The notes under the pieces were generated by a model. It made no database searches and was not told where the DNA came from. It saw nothing but the letters and a program-made list of their open reading frames with translations. Both the position numbers and the translations under genes were made by a program. This document shows positions 45,807 through 55,478 of a stretch of DNA of 64,000 nt, in pieces (position 1 is the stretch's first letter; every line of letters begins with the position of its first letter). Source of the stretch: Escherichia phage slur16; sequence record NC_028248.1, one strand, 5' to 3'.

Positions 45807-46186
45807 TATTCTAACCCTTGCTGTTCCTTGTAAAGATCAACCGGGGTGCCGTATACAAGTTGTAGCTCAGATCTCGCCCCAAGGTTATATCTTCCAACCC
45901 TGCCCCAATATTGATCGTCTTTAAACGACAGCGCCATCAATCTACCTTTCGGTAAATCGTCTCTGTAATGCAGTCCGTCTAAAATATCTTGACAAGCTGT
46001 TACTTTTCTGGTTACTAAAGGGCTGTCACCTACCGGACCAAGAGATAACCACCAGGACTCATCCCTCTCATTCCATTGCATACGCATTTCATACGTCTCA
46101 TTGTCTAAAACAACACGCATGGTTTGATCAGGAAAGCCGTCAATGTCCCACACAAAGGTGATTATGCACCAATCTTTAAGTTCCAT
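45806..46186 (-). CDS. putative tail protein
   Basis: 126-aa ORF, ATGA-type overlap with the downstream gene. Confidence 0.35.
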   Translation of the reverse strand: MELKDWCIITFVWDIDGFPDQTMRVVLDNETYEMRMQWNERDESWWLSLGPVGDSPLVTRKVTACQDILDGLHYRDDLPKGRLMALSFKDDQYWGRVGRYNLGARSELQLVYGTPVDLYKEQQGLE

Positions 46187-46198
46187 TACACGCTCCCC

Positions 46199-47110
46199 TT
46201 ATTTTCCGTTAACTTTGTTGTAGTTTCCCTGCTCAGATGGGACTATGGTAGAAGGTCTTCCATATTCCTGATAATACCAATCCGCAGCAGATTGAGTAAC
46301 ACCGTTTTCATCCGTCCACATCATAGATTTGTAGGGCTGCCACTCTTCTGCGGCATTTGTTGATGCAGTGTCTGCAAATGCCCCTGTGTCCCTCTTGTTA
46401 CCTACGTTACTGCCATTCTTACAGTCGTTGACAGCACCTTTTTGCTGGGTCTTGCCTACTTTCTTAGGGTTGCTGTATACAGTTGCATTAACAACCTTGT
46501 TCAAGTAGAATGTGCGGAACTCTGTAAGTTCTACATCAAACACCATCGCAGCACCTTCACCAACAGACTTGTTGGCAGAAAGGCTGGTTATGATGTAGTT
46601 CTCAAGGAGTCTCTCCTCGGTAACCAAAGAAACCAACTGGCGCTTATTAATGATCTCAGTCAAAGCCTCCAGTGCAGCGCCTGGTCGCATAGACGCTGCA
46701 GGGTTTTTAGAGTCAGTATTCCTGTCAATGTAGTTTTGCTCATAGATTATATGTGGTGATGTATTTACCCTACCAGTAAAAGAAAATACACCATCTTTAA
46801 TTACAGCGTGGTCTGACAGGGTAGATTTATCTTCCACCGCAAACCCAGTCTTATCAACAGAATGTTTGAAAGAGTAATTCTCAACCTGATCGAAGATGAT
46901 GGCAAGATCGTTAGTAAAGTTTTTACCCTTCATCTCCGTATTGCGACCACCATAGTTAAGACCGCTGACAAACATAGTGTACTTTACATCGCTTTCAGTT
47001 TGCTGTTCTGCCTTTTCAGCCTTTGGAGATTTAACCTCTTGAGGCTTGTACAGGTCTTTTTCATCAACTATATTGCTTGGCATAACCTCTCCAGGACACT
47101 CCGATACCAT
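46199..47110 (-). CDS. putative tail protein
   Basis: 303-aa ORF; an internal ATG at 47083 has a better RBS (GGAGAGG) and may be the true start. Confidence 0.4.
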   Translation of the reverse strand: MVSECPGEVMPSNIVDEKDLYKPQEVKSPKAEKAEQQTESDVKYTMFVSGLNYGGRNTEMKGKNFTNDLAIIFDQVENYSFKHSVDKTGFAVEDKSTLSDHAVIKDGVFSFTGRVNTSPHIIYEQNYIDRNTDSKNPAASMRPGAALEALTEIINKRQLVSLVTEERLLENYIITSLSANKSVGEGAAMVFDVELTEFRTFYLNKVVNATVYSNPKKVGKTQQKGAVNDCKNGSNVGNKRDTGAFADTASTNAAEEWQPYKSMMWTDENGVTQSAADWYYQEYGRPSTIVPSEQGNYNKVNGK

Positions 47111-47116
47111 CTAAAT

Positions 47117-47145
47117 ATTGTATCATAAAATAGCCGTTTTTACAA
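47117..47145 (-). promoter_or_regulatory. sigma70-like promoter candidate
   Basis: Minus strand: -35 TTGTAA (47145..47140), 17-nt spacer, -10 TACAAT (47122..47117); follows the terminator downstream of the tape measure gene. Confidence 0.35.
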
Positions 47146-47149
47146 CACC

Positions 47150-47176
47150 GATAAAATAAAGGGGGCCGGAGCCCCC
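47150..47176 (-). terminator. rho-independent terminator
   Basis: GGGGGC-cgga-GCCCCC hairpin, followed on the minus transcript by UUUAUUUUAU; 14 nt downstream of the tape measure stop. Confidence 0.6.
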
Positions 47177-47189
47177 TATGTGCTGTTTA

Positions 47190-49526
47190 TTACCAAAGAT
47201 CTGTTGACATAAAGTTAATATCTTTGTTATTCTCCCACTCAAGTTTTGCATCAAGTATTTTGCTAAACTCACCCTCATCTATTGAAATCGTGATTTTCCC
47301 ATCACTAATCTCTAAAGGTAGCATTTCCATAGTTCTTAATTGAGAAGCAAAACCAGGGCCACCTGGCAACGGAAGAGTACCGCCCGGTAAGGTGTCCAAA
47401 GGATTAACAAATCCGTTACCTCCCGATATGATATCTTTGCGAATCATATCGCTGATAGTATCCAGCTGCTGATTTCTTTCACTTAGTGGGTTGTAACGGT
47501 CATTAAATAATTCCCCGGCGCTTAGTATTGTACCGATAATACCCAGCTTACCGAGCAGACCAACTTTGCCACCAGGTGTCTTGAGGCCACCTCCCCCTTT
47601 TCCTGCCGGAGCGCCACCACCAGATCCTTCTGTAGTAGCGGCACCTGCTACTCCAGCTGCACCCCTTAGAGAGCTAAGGAATTTAAAGGTTTTTACAAGC
47701 ATAGATGCCATGACAAAACCTTTTGTTAGGGCGTTGACGACCAGCATGATGGCAGCAGCAAACCCTGCCCATTTAGCATAGCTAAAGGTGTCATGGAGCT
47801 CTTCAGAATATTCCTTCGTCTTAGCTGTTATGAACCCCCATTTAATCCCCCATTCAAGGAAAAACATGCGGATCTTGACTATAGTGTTGTTCAGTTCACC
47901 AACTACCCAGTTAAGGCCTCTCACAAACCCGCTAACAAAATCACCAGAGGCATCCCACACAAATTGCAGAGTCTCACCAGTGCGGATTAGTGTATAATAG
48001 AACTCTGTTAGTTCGTCAGACCAACGGGTGAACAGTTTCTGACGAGTCAGTTCGATAAAGGTTTTCAGTCTGTTTTCTGCCAGCACGTTAGACTTCTGCA
48101 TTCTTTCATAACCAGCTGCAGATGCCTCGTTCATGTACTTAGCCACATACTTCATGATCTTGGCTGTTTTAACCTCACCTTTCTTCATCATGTCCATGAA
48201 CTGATCCATGGAGAGTTCAGAAAGACCAAAAGCCTCTTTGGTGGCCTTGATAAAAGGTTCGTATGCACCAGGCAATGCTTCAGCAAGTTGTTGCTTCAGT
48301 TCTTCGGACATTACCTGTCCTTTCCCGAGCATCTGTTGGATTGCCATAATACCGCGCTGGTATTTTACCTCATCGGCACCATAAGCAGCAGCATACTGGG
48401 AGTATGCAGAAAACAGCTCATGCACTTCCTGATTTGTCATCTGGTTTTTGGCGTTTACCGACATCTGGGCGTAACCTTGAAGACCAGATTTGAGATCAAA
48501 ACCAAGACGCATAGCCTCTTGCTGGACAAACGCAACCTCACTGTTGGCTTTGTTTGGATCTCCAGTAACAGCAGTAAGAGCAGCACTTGCCCCCTCCATC
48601 ATGTGACCGGATCTGTTAACCGCAGCAAATCCAGAAAAAGCTGTATACGCAGCTGTTGCATTAATAACAGATCTACGTAAGTCTCTCATGGCATCGCCTA
48701 GTGTAAGCGTTTGGCTGGTGGCGCTTTTAAACCCAGACTGCAGCGCTGACAGGTGGGCGTTAAAGGTTGACTTCTTCATCTCCCCGCGAGCAAACCTGGA
48801 CTCTAACTCTGAGTATCCTGGCAAGCTTCCACGGAATCCGGCCCCATACTTGGCAGAAAGTCTTATCGCGGAGTTGTAGAGGTGGGTTCTCCTTGCCTCA
48901 CGATCCGACATAAGCCTATTATCCATACCAGCTTTACTGTCTCTTCTTAGCTGTCTATGATAACGATTCATAGCGGCTGTCTGAGCTTTCACAAGGTTAG
49001 GGTCGGAAGCCACACCACCCATATTAGGGTTACCGGGGATATATTTGAAAGATTTGGCATTAGCCAAAACTCTTGCCTTAGGTGCCTTATAACCACCGTA
49101 AGACACTGGTGCAGATTTGGCAGCCTTTTTGGCCTCTTTAGCTTGCTGCTGGTAGAACTTACGCATCCTAGCCATTTCTGGATTTTTAGCGGTAAGATTA
49201 CCTACAGCTTGTTTACGTCTCGCATTCTCCCTACGTTCTATTGCAGCCCTTACTGCAGCCTCTTTCTTGGCCTGTGCTACGCTCTCTCTGTGCAGTTTAG
49301 CATTTGCCTGAGATTGCTGTCTGGCAACCCTCTGCATTGTCTGCTGGGTTTTAACAGCTACCGCCTGCCATCTACTCATTGGGTTGGCTGAGTTAAAATC
49401 CTCGCCCAGTTTCCTGAACTCCCTCCCAATACTGCGAATTTTCTCTACAGCTTTTTTGTAGGAGGAGTTCTCTATCTCAAAGCCAATCTTGTTGACTGTT
49501 GTGGCAACTATTTTGTTTGTAGCCAT
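47190..49526 (-). CDS. tail tape measure protein
   Basis: 778 aa, Ala/Gln/Lys-rich with long helical segments and a Gly-rich stretch (GAAGVAGAATTEGSGGGAPAGKGGGG); downstream of tube and chaperone-like genes. Confidence 0.6.
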   Translation of the reverse strand: MATNKIVATTVNKIGFEIENSSYKKAVEKIRSIGREFRKLGEDFNSANPMSRWQAVAVKTQQTMQRVARQQSQANAKLHRESVAQAKKEAAVRAAIERRENARRKQAVGNLTAKNPEMARMRKFYQQQAKEAKKAAKSAPVSYGGYKAPKARVLANAKSFKYIPGNPNMGGVASDPNLVKAQTAAMNRYHRQLRRDSKAGMDNRLMSDREARRTHLYNSAIRLSAKYGAGFRGSLPGYSELESRFARGEMKKSTFNAHLSALQSGFKSATSQTLTLGDAMRDLRRSVINATAAYTAFSGFAAVNRSGHMMEGASAALTAVTGDPNKANSEVAFVQQEAMRLGFDLKSGLQGYAQMSVNAKNQMTNQEVHELFSAYSQYAAAYGADEVKYQRGIMAIQQMLGKGQVMSEELKQQLAEALPGAYEPFIKATKEAFGLSELSMDQFMDMMKKGEVKTAKIMKYVAKYMNEASAAGYERMQKSNVLAENRLKTFIELTRQKLFTRWSDELTEFYYTLIRTGETLQFVWDASGDFVSGFVRGLNWVVGELNNTIVKIRMFFLEWGIKWGFITAKTKEYSEELHDTFSYAKWAGFAAAIMLVVNALTKGFVMASMLVKTFKFLSSLRGAAGVAGAATTEGSGGGAPAGKGGGGLKTPGGKVGLLGKLGIIGTILSAGELFNDRYNPLSERNQQLDTISDMIRKDIISGGNGFVNPLDTLPGGTLPLPGGPGFASQLRTMEMLPLEISDGKITISIDEGEFSKILDAKLEWENNKDINFMSTDLW

Positions 49527-49535
49527 GGTTTCCTC

Positions 49536-49575
49536 ATAATAAAAAGGGCCAGATCCCAGAAAAGGAATCCGGCCC
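49536..49575 (-). terminator. hairpin plus U-tract (attenuator/terminator candidate)
   Basis: Imperfect GGGCC...GGCCC hairpin, followed on the minus transcript by UUUUUAUUAUG just before the tape measure RBS. Confidence 0.35.
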
Positions 49576-49580
49576 TTAGA

Positions 49581-49829
49581 TTATCCTCTCCTGCGCTTAG
49601 CTTTCGCAGCAGCTGCGGCAGCCTTCTGCTCCCGCTCCATTTCCCTGTTTTGGACGGTATCTAGGAATTCTTCGATATCAAGATACTCACAGAGCTTCAG
49701 GAAATACGCCATATCTGCAAGATTTAGCGATTCAAAATTTTCCCCTTTGAAATTCTTGAGCACCCTGCACCAAAGAAAGTCGAACCAATTGAGTGAACTG
49801 TTCTTGGCTGCCCACTCACTGGCCCTCAC
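49581..49829 (-). CDS. small protein, possible tail assembly chaperone
   Basis: 82 aa, GTG start; between tube and tape measure genes. Confidence 0.35.
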   Translation of the reverse strand: MRASEWAAKNSSLNWFDFLWCRVLKNFKGENFESLNLADMAYFLKLCEYLDIEEFLDTVQNREMEREQKAAAAAAKAKRRRG

Positions 49830-49840
49830 AACAACCTTGC

Positions 49841-50314
49841 TTATTCCTGCTCTTCCGGAGTCTGATCCAGATTGTTCACCTGCTGAATCATACCCATCTG
49901 CTGTAACATCTCCAGAAGGCTTCCTAAACCGTCTTGTGTGAAAAAACAGCCGTAGTTAACCTCCAGAACCTTACCTGCCAGCTTAATCATCTCCAGCAGA
50001 TGCCCTGCAAACACAACATCCGGGTTAAGCCTATCCACACCATCTACGGTAATATCTTCGAACAAGATTTTAAATAGCTCTTCAATGGAGTTATCATCAA
50101 GTTCTTGGAACAGGTAAGCCAGGGCTGTAGGAAGGACCTCTGCCATATTCTGACCACCTGAGAGAATAGATCCACCGATAGCACCTAGCGGGACAGCCAC
50201 AATCTTACCGATTTTAGGCATGTTTTTCATTGCTTTCATCGGCCCCCAGTGGGTGATCACAAAGTTGTGCCCTGCTAAATCAATCTCTGTTGTAGGTCTA
50301 AAGTTTACAGCCAT
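49841..50314 (-). CDS. putative tail assembly chaperone
   Basis: 157 aa, acidic C-terminus; tube-to-tape-measure position. Confidence 0.4.
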   Translation of the reverse strand: MAVNFRPTTEIDLAGHNFVITHWGPMKAMKNMPKIGKIVAVPLGAIGGSILSGGQNMAEVLPTALAYLFQELDDNSIEELFKILFEDITVDGVDRLNPDVVFAGHLLEMIKLAGKVLEVNYGCFFTQDGLGSLLEMLQQMGMIQQVNNLDQTPEEQE

Positions 50315-50341
50315 TTTATAGCATCCTTATTAGTCATGTTG

Positions 50342-50386
50342 TGCACCATATTTGTGTATTTTACCATGATTATGGTGCATTGTCAA
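50342..50386 (-). promoter_or_regulatory. sigma70-like extended -10 promoter flanked by a 9-bp inverted repeat
   Basis: Minus strand: -35 TTGACA (50386..50381), 17-nt spacer ending in TGG, -10 TAAAAT (50363..50358). Inverted repeat TGCACCATA (50342-50350) / TATGGTGCA (50371-50379) is centred on the -10. Confidence 0.55.
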
Positions 50387-50426
50387 TTTAACCTTTCAAG
50401 CAATTCAAGAACGTGTGTCAAAACCA

Positions 50427-50460
50427 TAAAAGCAAAAAGCCCCACCCGAAGGTGAGGCTT
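50427..50460 (-). terminator. rho-independent terminator candidate
   Basis: AGCCCCACC-cgaa-GGTGAGGCT hairpin with internal bubble, followed on the minus transcript by UUUUUGCUUUU; downstream of the tube gene. Confidence 0.45.
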
Positions 50461-50476
50461 ATGCTAAAGTGTGCCC

Positions 50477-50950
50477 TTAGATAATACCTGCAAGACCTGC
50501 GAGGCCAGTAAGAGCACCAGTGATGTTATCACGGTTGAGCCATGCATCCAGAATACCGATATCCCAGTCCAGCTGACCTACTTCGGTTCCGTAAGTCAGG
50601 TCAGGCTGTTTCTGGATCCAACCAATTGTGGAAATACCAGGGCCCTGGCTACCTTCCAGCAGAACCGGGAAGAATACCAGGCCAGTAATCGATGCCTGTT
50701 TCTGCCAGTCAGAAAGGTAAGCGTTCCATACAGAAGTGTTCTGCAAAGATACAGTCATAACACCAGATTGGTTACGAGACAGGGCAGCAGACATTTCGCC
50801 ATCCACACCAACGTGAGGGTAGATGTTGTCTTCGTTTCTTGAAACAACGATCTTGGTGTCAGCAGCGAAGCCAGTGACACGCTGCTGCATCAGATACAGT
50901 TTGACCTTTTTAGGATCATAAGCATAAGGAGTTAAAATTTGAGTTTCCAT
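50477..50950 (-). CDS. putative tail tube protein
   Basis: 157 aa, immediately downstream of the sheath-like gene and upstream of chaperones and tape measure. Confidence 0.5.
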   Translation of the reverse strand: METQILTPYAYDPKKVKLYLMQQRVTGFAADTKIVVSRNEDNIYPHVGVDGEMSAALSRNQSGVMTVSLQNTSVWNAYLSDWQKQASITGLVFFPVLLEGSQGPGISTIGWIQKQPDLTYGTEVGQLDWDIGILDAWLNRDNITGALTGLAGLAGII

Positions 50951-50960
50951 CTAGTCTTCC

Positions 50961-52337
50961 TTATTCAGTCATTGCAACAGCATTGGTGGATTTAGAACCA
51001 ACTTTGTCCAGAAGGACGTTGATCCGGATACGAACGAAGTGCAGGGCGTTGTTATACACCAGTTCTACTTTCACACCTTCCAGAACACGAGCAGCCAACT
51101 GATTGGTTGGAATCTCTGCACGTTTAGGAACTGTGATGATCGGGTCGTAGAACACATTGTTGTCTTCGTCAAAACCTGTCAGGATCGCACCATTCTTAAT
51201 GCCAGTGTTGATTGGGTTGTTCATCAGGACAGACTTGATAACCGGAAGATCATCATCAGACATCTTCATGCTTAAACCCATGTTGGAGCGACGATGCATG
51301 TACCCAAACATAGATTCTTCAGATCTGAACTTGATCCAGTGTGCAAAACGAATAGCGTCTGCATACTGACCTGAAGCACACTTACCTTCCCAGAAAGCGC
51401 CAACACCGTTAATCATTCTGTAGAAGTTAACGTGGTTTTCCCAAATAGCCATACGCTGAGTTAAAGTCAGAGACGGTGCAATCACACCTGGCATCTGTTT
51501 TAAGTGCAAGCTGTCGCCGTAGGACGGATCGTTGGATGCCATAGCACCTATGATACCACCCTCCGGGAAGTCCTTATCTGCACGAGGATCGTACATGCCA
51601 ACACTGTCATATTGTGCAGCTTTCAGTTTGGTAGCGATGTTACTATCTTTGCCAGTCACATCTTCTGCAGTAGAGTAGACGTGCAGCTTGTAGTTGGCCT
51701 GAGCCCACTTAGCACATGCTTCAATGTCGGTGTGGTCTTCATGGCACAGGAAGTACCAATTGTCCCGCTCAGCATTGATCTTATCAACTACTGTAGAAGG
51801 TTTTTCAGCATTGGCGATATTTTTAATTGTATAGTTACCAGTATGATAACCTACAGTGCAGTCACCAGTGATGGTGATAACACCGTCTTCAGCCGCTACA
51901 GTGATATCGTCCAAGTTATCATCTGCTTCGATTTTAGTCTTCATGGACTCTGCGATCTGAGTTGCAGCTGTCCCACCAGAGATAGGAACTATCAAAGAGG
52001 TATTGTAGCCACCTTTTGCAATAGTCATTACTACATCGGTATCAGCTGCGGCAGCAATACCTTTAAAATCTACAGTGGTTTTTTCTTTGGCCTGTCTGCC
52101 GATCATAACATATTGTGGAGGGAATACACCACCAAAAGCTTTTGCTGCAAACTCATACGCTGCAGAGCCTTGTGCGAAACCATCTTCCACCATCTGATCC
52201 AGCTCCGCATATACGCGAGCTCGCTCAGTAAAGTTGTTGTGGATAGCGATGAACAGGGGAGTTTCGAAACCTACAGTGTCAATAGGTTGGGTTCCGAGGT
52301 TAACTGTAACATCTACCACTTTATCTAAATATGGCAT
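50961..52337 (-). CDS. putative tail sheath protein
   Basis: 458 aa, first gene of the tail block directly upstream of the tube gene; assignment from gene order and size. Confidence 0.45.
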   Translation of the reverse strand: MPYLDKVVDVTVNLGTQPIDTVGFETPLFIAIHNNFTERARVYAELDQMVEDGFAQGSAAYEFAAKAFGGVFPPQYVMIGRQAKEKTTVDFKGIAAAADTDVVMTIAKGGYNTSLIVPISGGTAATQIAESMKTKIEADDNLDDITVAAEDGVITITGDCTVGYHTGNYTIKNIANAEKPSTVVDKINAERDNWYFLCHEDHTDIEACAKWAQANYKLHVYSTAEDVTGKDSNIATKLKAAQYDSVGMYDPRADKDFPEGGIIGAMASNDPSYGDSLHLKQMPGVIAPSLTLTQRMAIWENHVNFYRMINGVGAFWEGKCASGQYADAIRFAHWIKFRSEESMFGYMHRRSNMGLSMKMSDDDLPVIKSVLMNNPINTGIKNGAILTGFDEDNNVFYDPIITVPKRAEIPTNQLAARVLEGVKVELVYNNALHFVRIRINVLLDKVGSKSTNAVAMTE

Positions 52338-52377
52338 TTGTTTCCTCTTAATATCTGTGCACGGATATCAAACACGC

Positions 52378-52405
52378 AGTGTAATCATTACACTACACAA
52401 TTATA
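52378..52405 (-). promoter_or_regulatory. consensus -10 (TATAAT) with adjacent 17-bp palindrome upstream of the sheath gene
   Basis: Minus strand -10 TATAAT at 52405..52400 with no good -35; perfect palindrome AGTGTAAT-c-ATTACACT at 52378-52394 covers the expected transcription start. Confidence 0.4.
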
Positions 52406-52409
52406 ACGA

Positions 52410-52961
52410 TTACTGACCACTGTCTGTAACCGATTTATCAGAATTGGGTGAAGGGAAGTGTGTGGTTATTTCAGCCTTAATTCCCTGAAGATCCTCAAAA
52501 GCCCCAATGTCTGTCTCAACAAACCTTACGTTAAATGTCAGCATTACCGTGGCTCTATTTTCATACGTCTGCTTATTCAACGGCACTCTTTGAGGTGAGA
52601 TTGTTGAATTGTTAGAGTAGGCAAAGCACGATCCCAGAGGGAAATACTTGTCATAAAACATTGGAAGGTTTATTGCTTGCAATACTCTGCTAAGTGCAGC
52701 ATATGCCCTGCCGCGATAAGCTGTTAACAGATAAGTAACAGTGTAACTGTGGGTGACGTAAGCATTACCTTCCGCATCTTGAAACTCATTATCTTCCCAA
52801 GTGGTGGGATTGATCGCCAGGGTTTGCAAAAGTACAAACTCACCTTCCGGCTTCGGTATGGTAGAGCTTTCTGCCAGAACTACAGTTCTTCCTGTGGCAA
52901 CCTTGACAAGCTTAGCGATGGTTGTTTCAAGATCAGAAAAAACTTTTTCGAAAGCTTCCAT
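52410..52961 (-). CDS. putative neck/tail completion protein
   Basis: 183-aa ORF between capsid and tail genes. Confidence 0.4.
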   Translation of the reverse strand: MEAFEKVFSDLETTIAKLVKVATGRTVVLAESSTIPKPEGEFVLLQTLAINPTTWEDNEFQDAEGNAYVTHSYTVTYLLTAYRGRAYAALSRVLQAINLPMFYDKYFPLGSCFAYSNNSTISPQRVPLNKQTYENRATVMLTFNVRFVETDIGAFEDLQGIKAEITTHFPSPNSDKSVTDSGQ

Positions 52962-53386
52962 CAGTTTTCTCCTTCAGGCTCTTCTACCACAAAAAATCTA
53001 TATCTTCCACCACCAGACGTGACATAAGCATCACATTTTAAAACGGTAAACCACTTCAGGTCACCACGGATGTCAGGCAGTTGAATTTGATCAGCCATTG
53101 CATATGTTCCTTCGTCTGGACTATACAACTTGGTTGAGGAGTAAACTGTAAAAGCCTCGTACTGTCTGTCACCCTCAGGATTTATCTGGGAGGAGTAATC
53201 TTTAGCTGCCCTTCCTGTCAACGGCTGCACAACACACTCTAAGACATCAAACTCTTCATACTCAAGTTCTAACCCCTCGTTGGCAAAAGGGCCACCAACT
53301 GTTTTGTTATACACTCTGTGGCGACCTTTGAATGTTTTACGAGGTATTAGTCTGTTCTTTCCTATCAGCTTATAACCTGCTGCCAC
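52961..53386 (-). CDS. putative head-tail connector protein
   Basis: 141-aa ORF, ATGA-type overlap with the downstream gene. Confidence 0.4.
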   Translation of the reverse strand: MAAGYKLIGKNRLIPRKTFKGRHRVYNKTVGGPFANEGLELEYEEFDVLECVVQPLTGRAAKDYSSQINPEGDRQYEAFTVYSSTKLYSPDEGTYAMADQIQLPDIRGDLKWFTVLKCDAYVTSGGGRYRFFVVEEPEGEN

Positions 53387-53402
53387 TCAACCCCCCTTAT
53401 TT

Positions 53403-53873
53403 TTACTGTCCGATTTTAAAGGTTGCAGATTCAAGCAGCACATCGTAATGCCGCATAGCCTCGTTGAAGCCTTTCTCTTGTGCCCACTGCTCGCTAACAG
53501 TAGGATTACTAAACTGCCCAGCCTCAATAACAAACTGGATAGCTTTGGCCCCTGTGTCCCCCATCTGCTTAAGAATAGCCTCTGCACTCGATCCCCTAGC
53601 CATAGCTCTCAACAATTTTTCTGTCAAGGTCTGTAGTTGAGTACTATGAAATGCAAAAGCTGTCTCCATGAAATTGCGAACAGGCAGCCCGTTCCAACCG
53701 AAGTTGTGAATGGCTGCCAATGTTGCCATATTTAAGCCTGACGGGTGAGGTTCGTCATAAAAGCCGTAGGTTATTGTTTTACTTTCAAGTCTCACAAGCT
53801 CTTTGTAGAAGCGATCTAAACGCTTTAGGTTGAACCTTGTTTGACATTTAACCTTTAGCATTATATCCCTCAC
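53403..53873 (-). CDS. putative head-tail connector protein
   Basis: 156-aa ORF in the neck block. Confidence 0.4.
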   Translation of the reverse strand: MRDIMLKVKCQTRFNLKRLDRFYKELVRLESKTITYGFYDEPHPSGLNMATLAAIHNFGWNGLPVRNFMETAFAFHSTQLQTLTEKLLRAMARGSSAEAILKQMGDTGAKAIQFVIEAGQFSNPTVSEQWAQEKGFNEAMRHYDVLLESATFKIGQ

Positions 53874-53914
53874 TAATGTATTTTACCACAAAGATGCATC
53901 AAAAGCAACAATTT

Positions 53915-54592
53915 TTAAAAACTGCGTTTGCGTCTTGGGTGGCGAGGAGGTTGGTTATTTAGACCACTGATAGGTGTAATCCCCTGGACATCGAACGGTC
54001 CGTTGCTGTTTTCATTAAATTTAACCCGAATTCCTTCGTCTACACGAACACCACCAATGATAATCATTCTGCTGTAAGCATCTAACTCAGAATCTACATA
54101 GTCTGGGTGTGCCAGCAGCCAATCAAGAAAATCCTTCCATTGGGCGTAGGAAGATCCACCACGAATCTCTATGGTCTCATCACCTATTTTTTCCAGACGG
54201 GAAGTTATACTTGCATTACCACTGGACACTTCCTGCATCATCAGCCACCGCACAAGTTGCACAAGAACATTGTACTTAAGCAGCGGTAGCTTATCAGGAT
54301 CTGCCGGATAATTTAGTTTCAACTTCTCCATGTCAAGGAATGTTTTAATTACCTCATCAGGGAGAGTTTCCTCATCAACATTGCCAAGCAATAACCTCAT
54401 AATATCAATAAGAGGTTGGTCTGGATCAGGTTCCGGAGGCACAGGATCTTCTTTTGGTGGTTCTTCTGGGGTATCGACTACACCATCATGGTTAGGCGGT
54501 GACGGGATAATCTCTTCATCTTCATACCATGCCATTTGAAAATACCTCGTAAAAATAAAGCCCCATTCCTGATTTGGAAGGGGCCTTAACAA
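53915..54592 (-). CDS. hypothetical structural protein with Pro/Glu-rich segment
   Basis: 225-aa ORF with PEEPPKEDPVPPEPDPDQP low-complexity linker. Confidence 0.4.
   Translation of the reverse strand: MLRPLPNQEWGFIFTRYFQMAWYEDEEIIPSPPNHDGVVDTPEEPPKEDPVPPEPDPDQPLIDIMRLLLGNVDEETLPDEVIKTFLDMEKLKLNYPADPDKLPLLKYNVLVQLVRWLMMQEVSSGNASITSRLEKIGDETIEIRGGSSYAQWKDFLDWLLAHPDYVDSELDAYSRMIIIGGVRVDEGIRVKFNENSNGPFDVQGITPISGLNNQPPRHPRRKRSF
54547..54584 (-). terminator. hairpin plus U-tract
   Basis: GCCCC...GGGGC stem with inner TTCC/GGAA pairing, followed on the minus transcript by UUUAUUUUUAC. Confidence 0.4.
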
Positions 54593-54594
54593 AA

Positions 54595-55422
54595 TTATGC
54601 CAGTGCAGCCTCAAAATCTTTCATCATATTTTGGAAAGTTTTTGCCTTACTTAAGGTAACACCGTACTCTTTAGCGAAGGTTTGGAGTGCATCTTTTGAA
54701 CCACTTTTGTCATCTTCGTTGTTAAGAGCTGCGGCCTGTTTAAGGATTTCATCCTTATTCTCAACGGCTACAAATGAGGAAGAGGATACAGTCACATCTT
54801 GCGGATCTGCTACAGTAACTTCACCGTCACCACCAGGTTCAGTAGGACCTACAGGTGGCTCCGGCTCTGGTTCAGGCGGTGGAGCTATCGTAGAGACCAG
54901 TCCAAGATTTACAACCTGAGAACGTTTCTTAGGCCACTCAATGGTGAAAGTTTGGGTATCTTCTTCATAAACAATGTTGCATTGCTCATCGTTTATGGTC
55001 ACTTTTTTAGGCATCCCTACAGGGTCCCATAGATGGCCCTCTGCCACGGAAACTTGGAAAGCCGCATCTACCTCTTTAAACACTGACGGGGTGAGTGTGA
55101 TATTGACATCCCCGCTTTGCAGTGTTAAAGTGCTTTCATCAAGGTTCTCTGTGAAGAACAGAAGAATAACACCCATACGGATAGTTGAAATACCAGTATC
55201 AATTGGCAGGCCTGTGTGTTTTGCAATCTTCTCGAAGAAGTCTACAATCGTTCTGCACGGATAGTGAACACTGCCAATAACGAATTCTGTTGGTGGCAGC
55301 AGGGCTGATAAACCAACATTGATTTCTGGATTGTATTGTGATAAAAATTGATAAAAACTTAACTGATTGTTGAAAACTCTTAATAGAGGATCATACTCGA
55401 CTGGATATACAGCTCTCTTCAC
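54595..55422 (-). CDS. hypothetical structural protein
   Basis: 275 aa, GTG start with AGGAG RBS; PPPEPEPEPPVGPTEPGG linker; first gene after the capsid terminator. Confidence 0.4.
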   Translation of the reverse strand: MKRAVYPVEYDPLLRVFNNQLSFYQFLSQYNPEINVGLSALLPPTEFVIGSVHYPCRTIVDFFEKIAKHTGLPIDTGISTIRMGVILLFFTENLDESTLTLQSGDVNITLTPSVFKEVDAAFQVSVAEGHLWDPVGMPKKVTINDEQCNIVYEEDTQTFTIEWPKKRSQVVNLGLVSTIAPPPEPEPEPPVGPTEPGGDGEVTVADPQDVTVSSSSFVAVENKDEILKQAAALNNEDDKSGSKDALQTFAKEYGVTLSKAKTFQNMMKDFEAALA

Positions 55423-55442
55423 GGGACACTCCTGTTAAACCC

Positions 55443-55478
55443 TAATAAATAAAAAGGGGAGGGGAGAACCCCCTCCCC
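55443..55478 (-). terminator. strong rho-independent terminator after the capsid gene
   Basis: GGGGAGGGG-agaa-CCCCTCCCC hairpin, followed on the minus transcript by UUUUUAUUUAUU; 25 nt downstream of the capsid stop. Confidence 0.7.

Noticed and set aside
49830-49874. Possible programmed -1 frameshift joining the 157-aa and 82-aa chaperone-like ORFs upstream of the tape measure gene
   Set aside because: The downstream frame is open for only ~45 nt of overlap and no slippery heptanucleotide is present there, so a frameshift fusion is not supported by the sequence.
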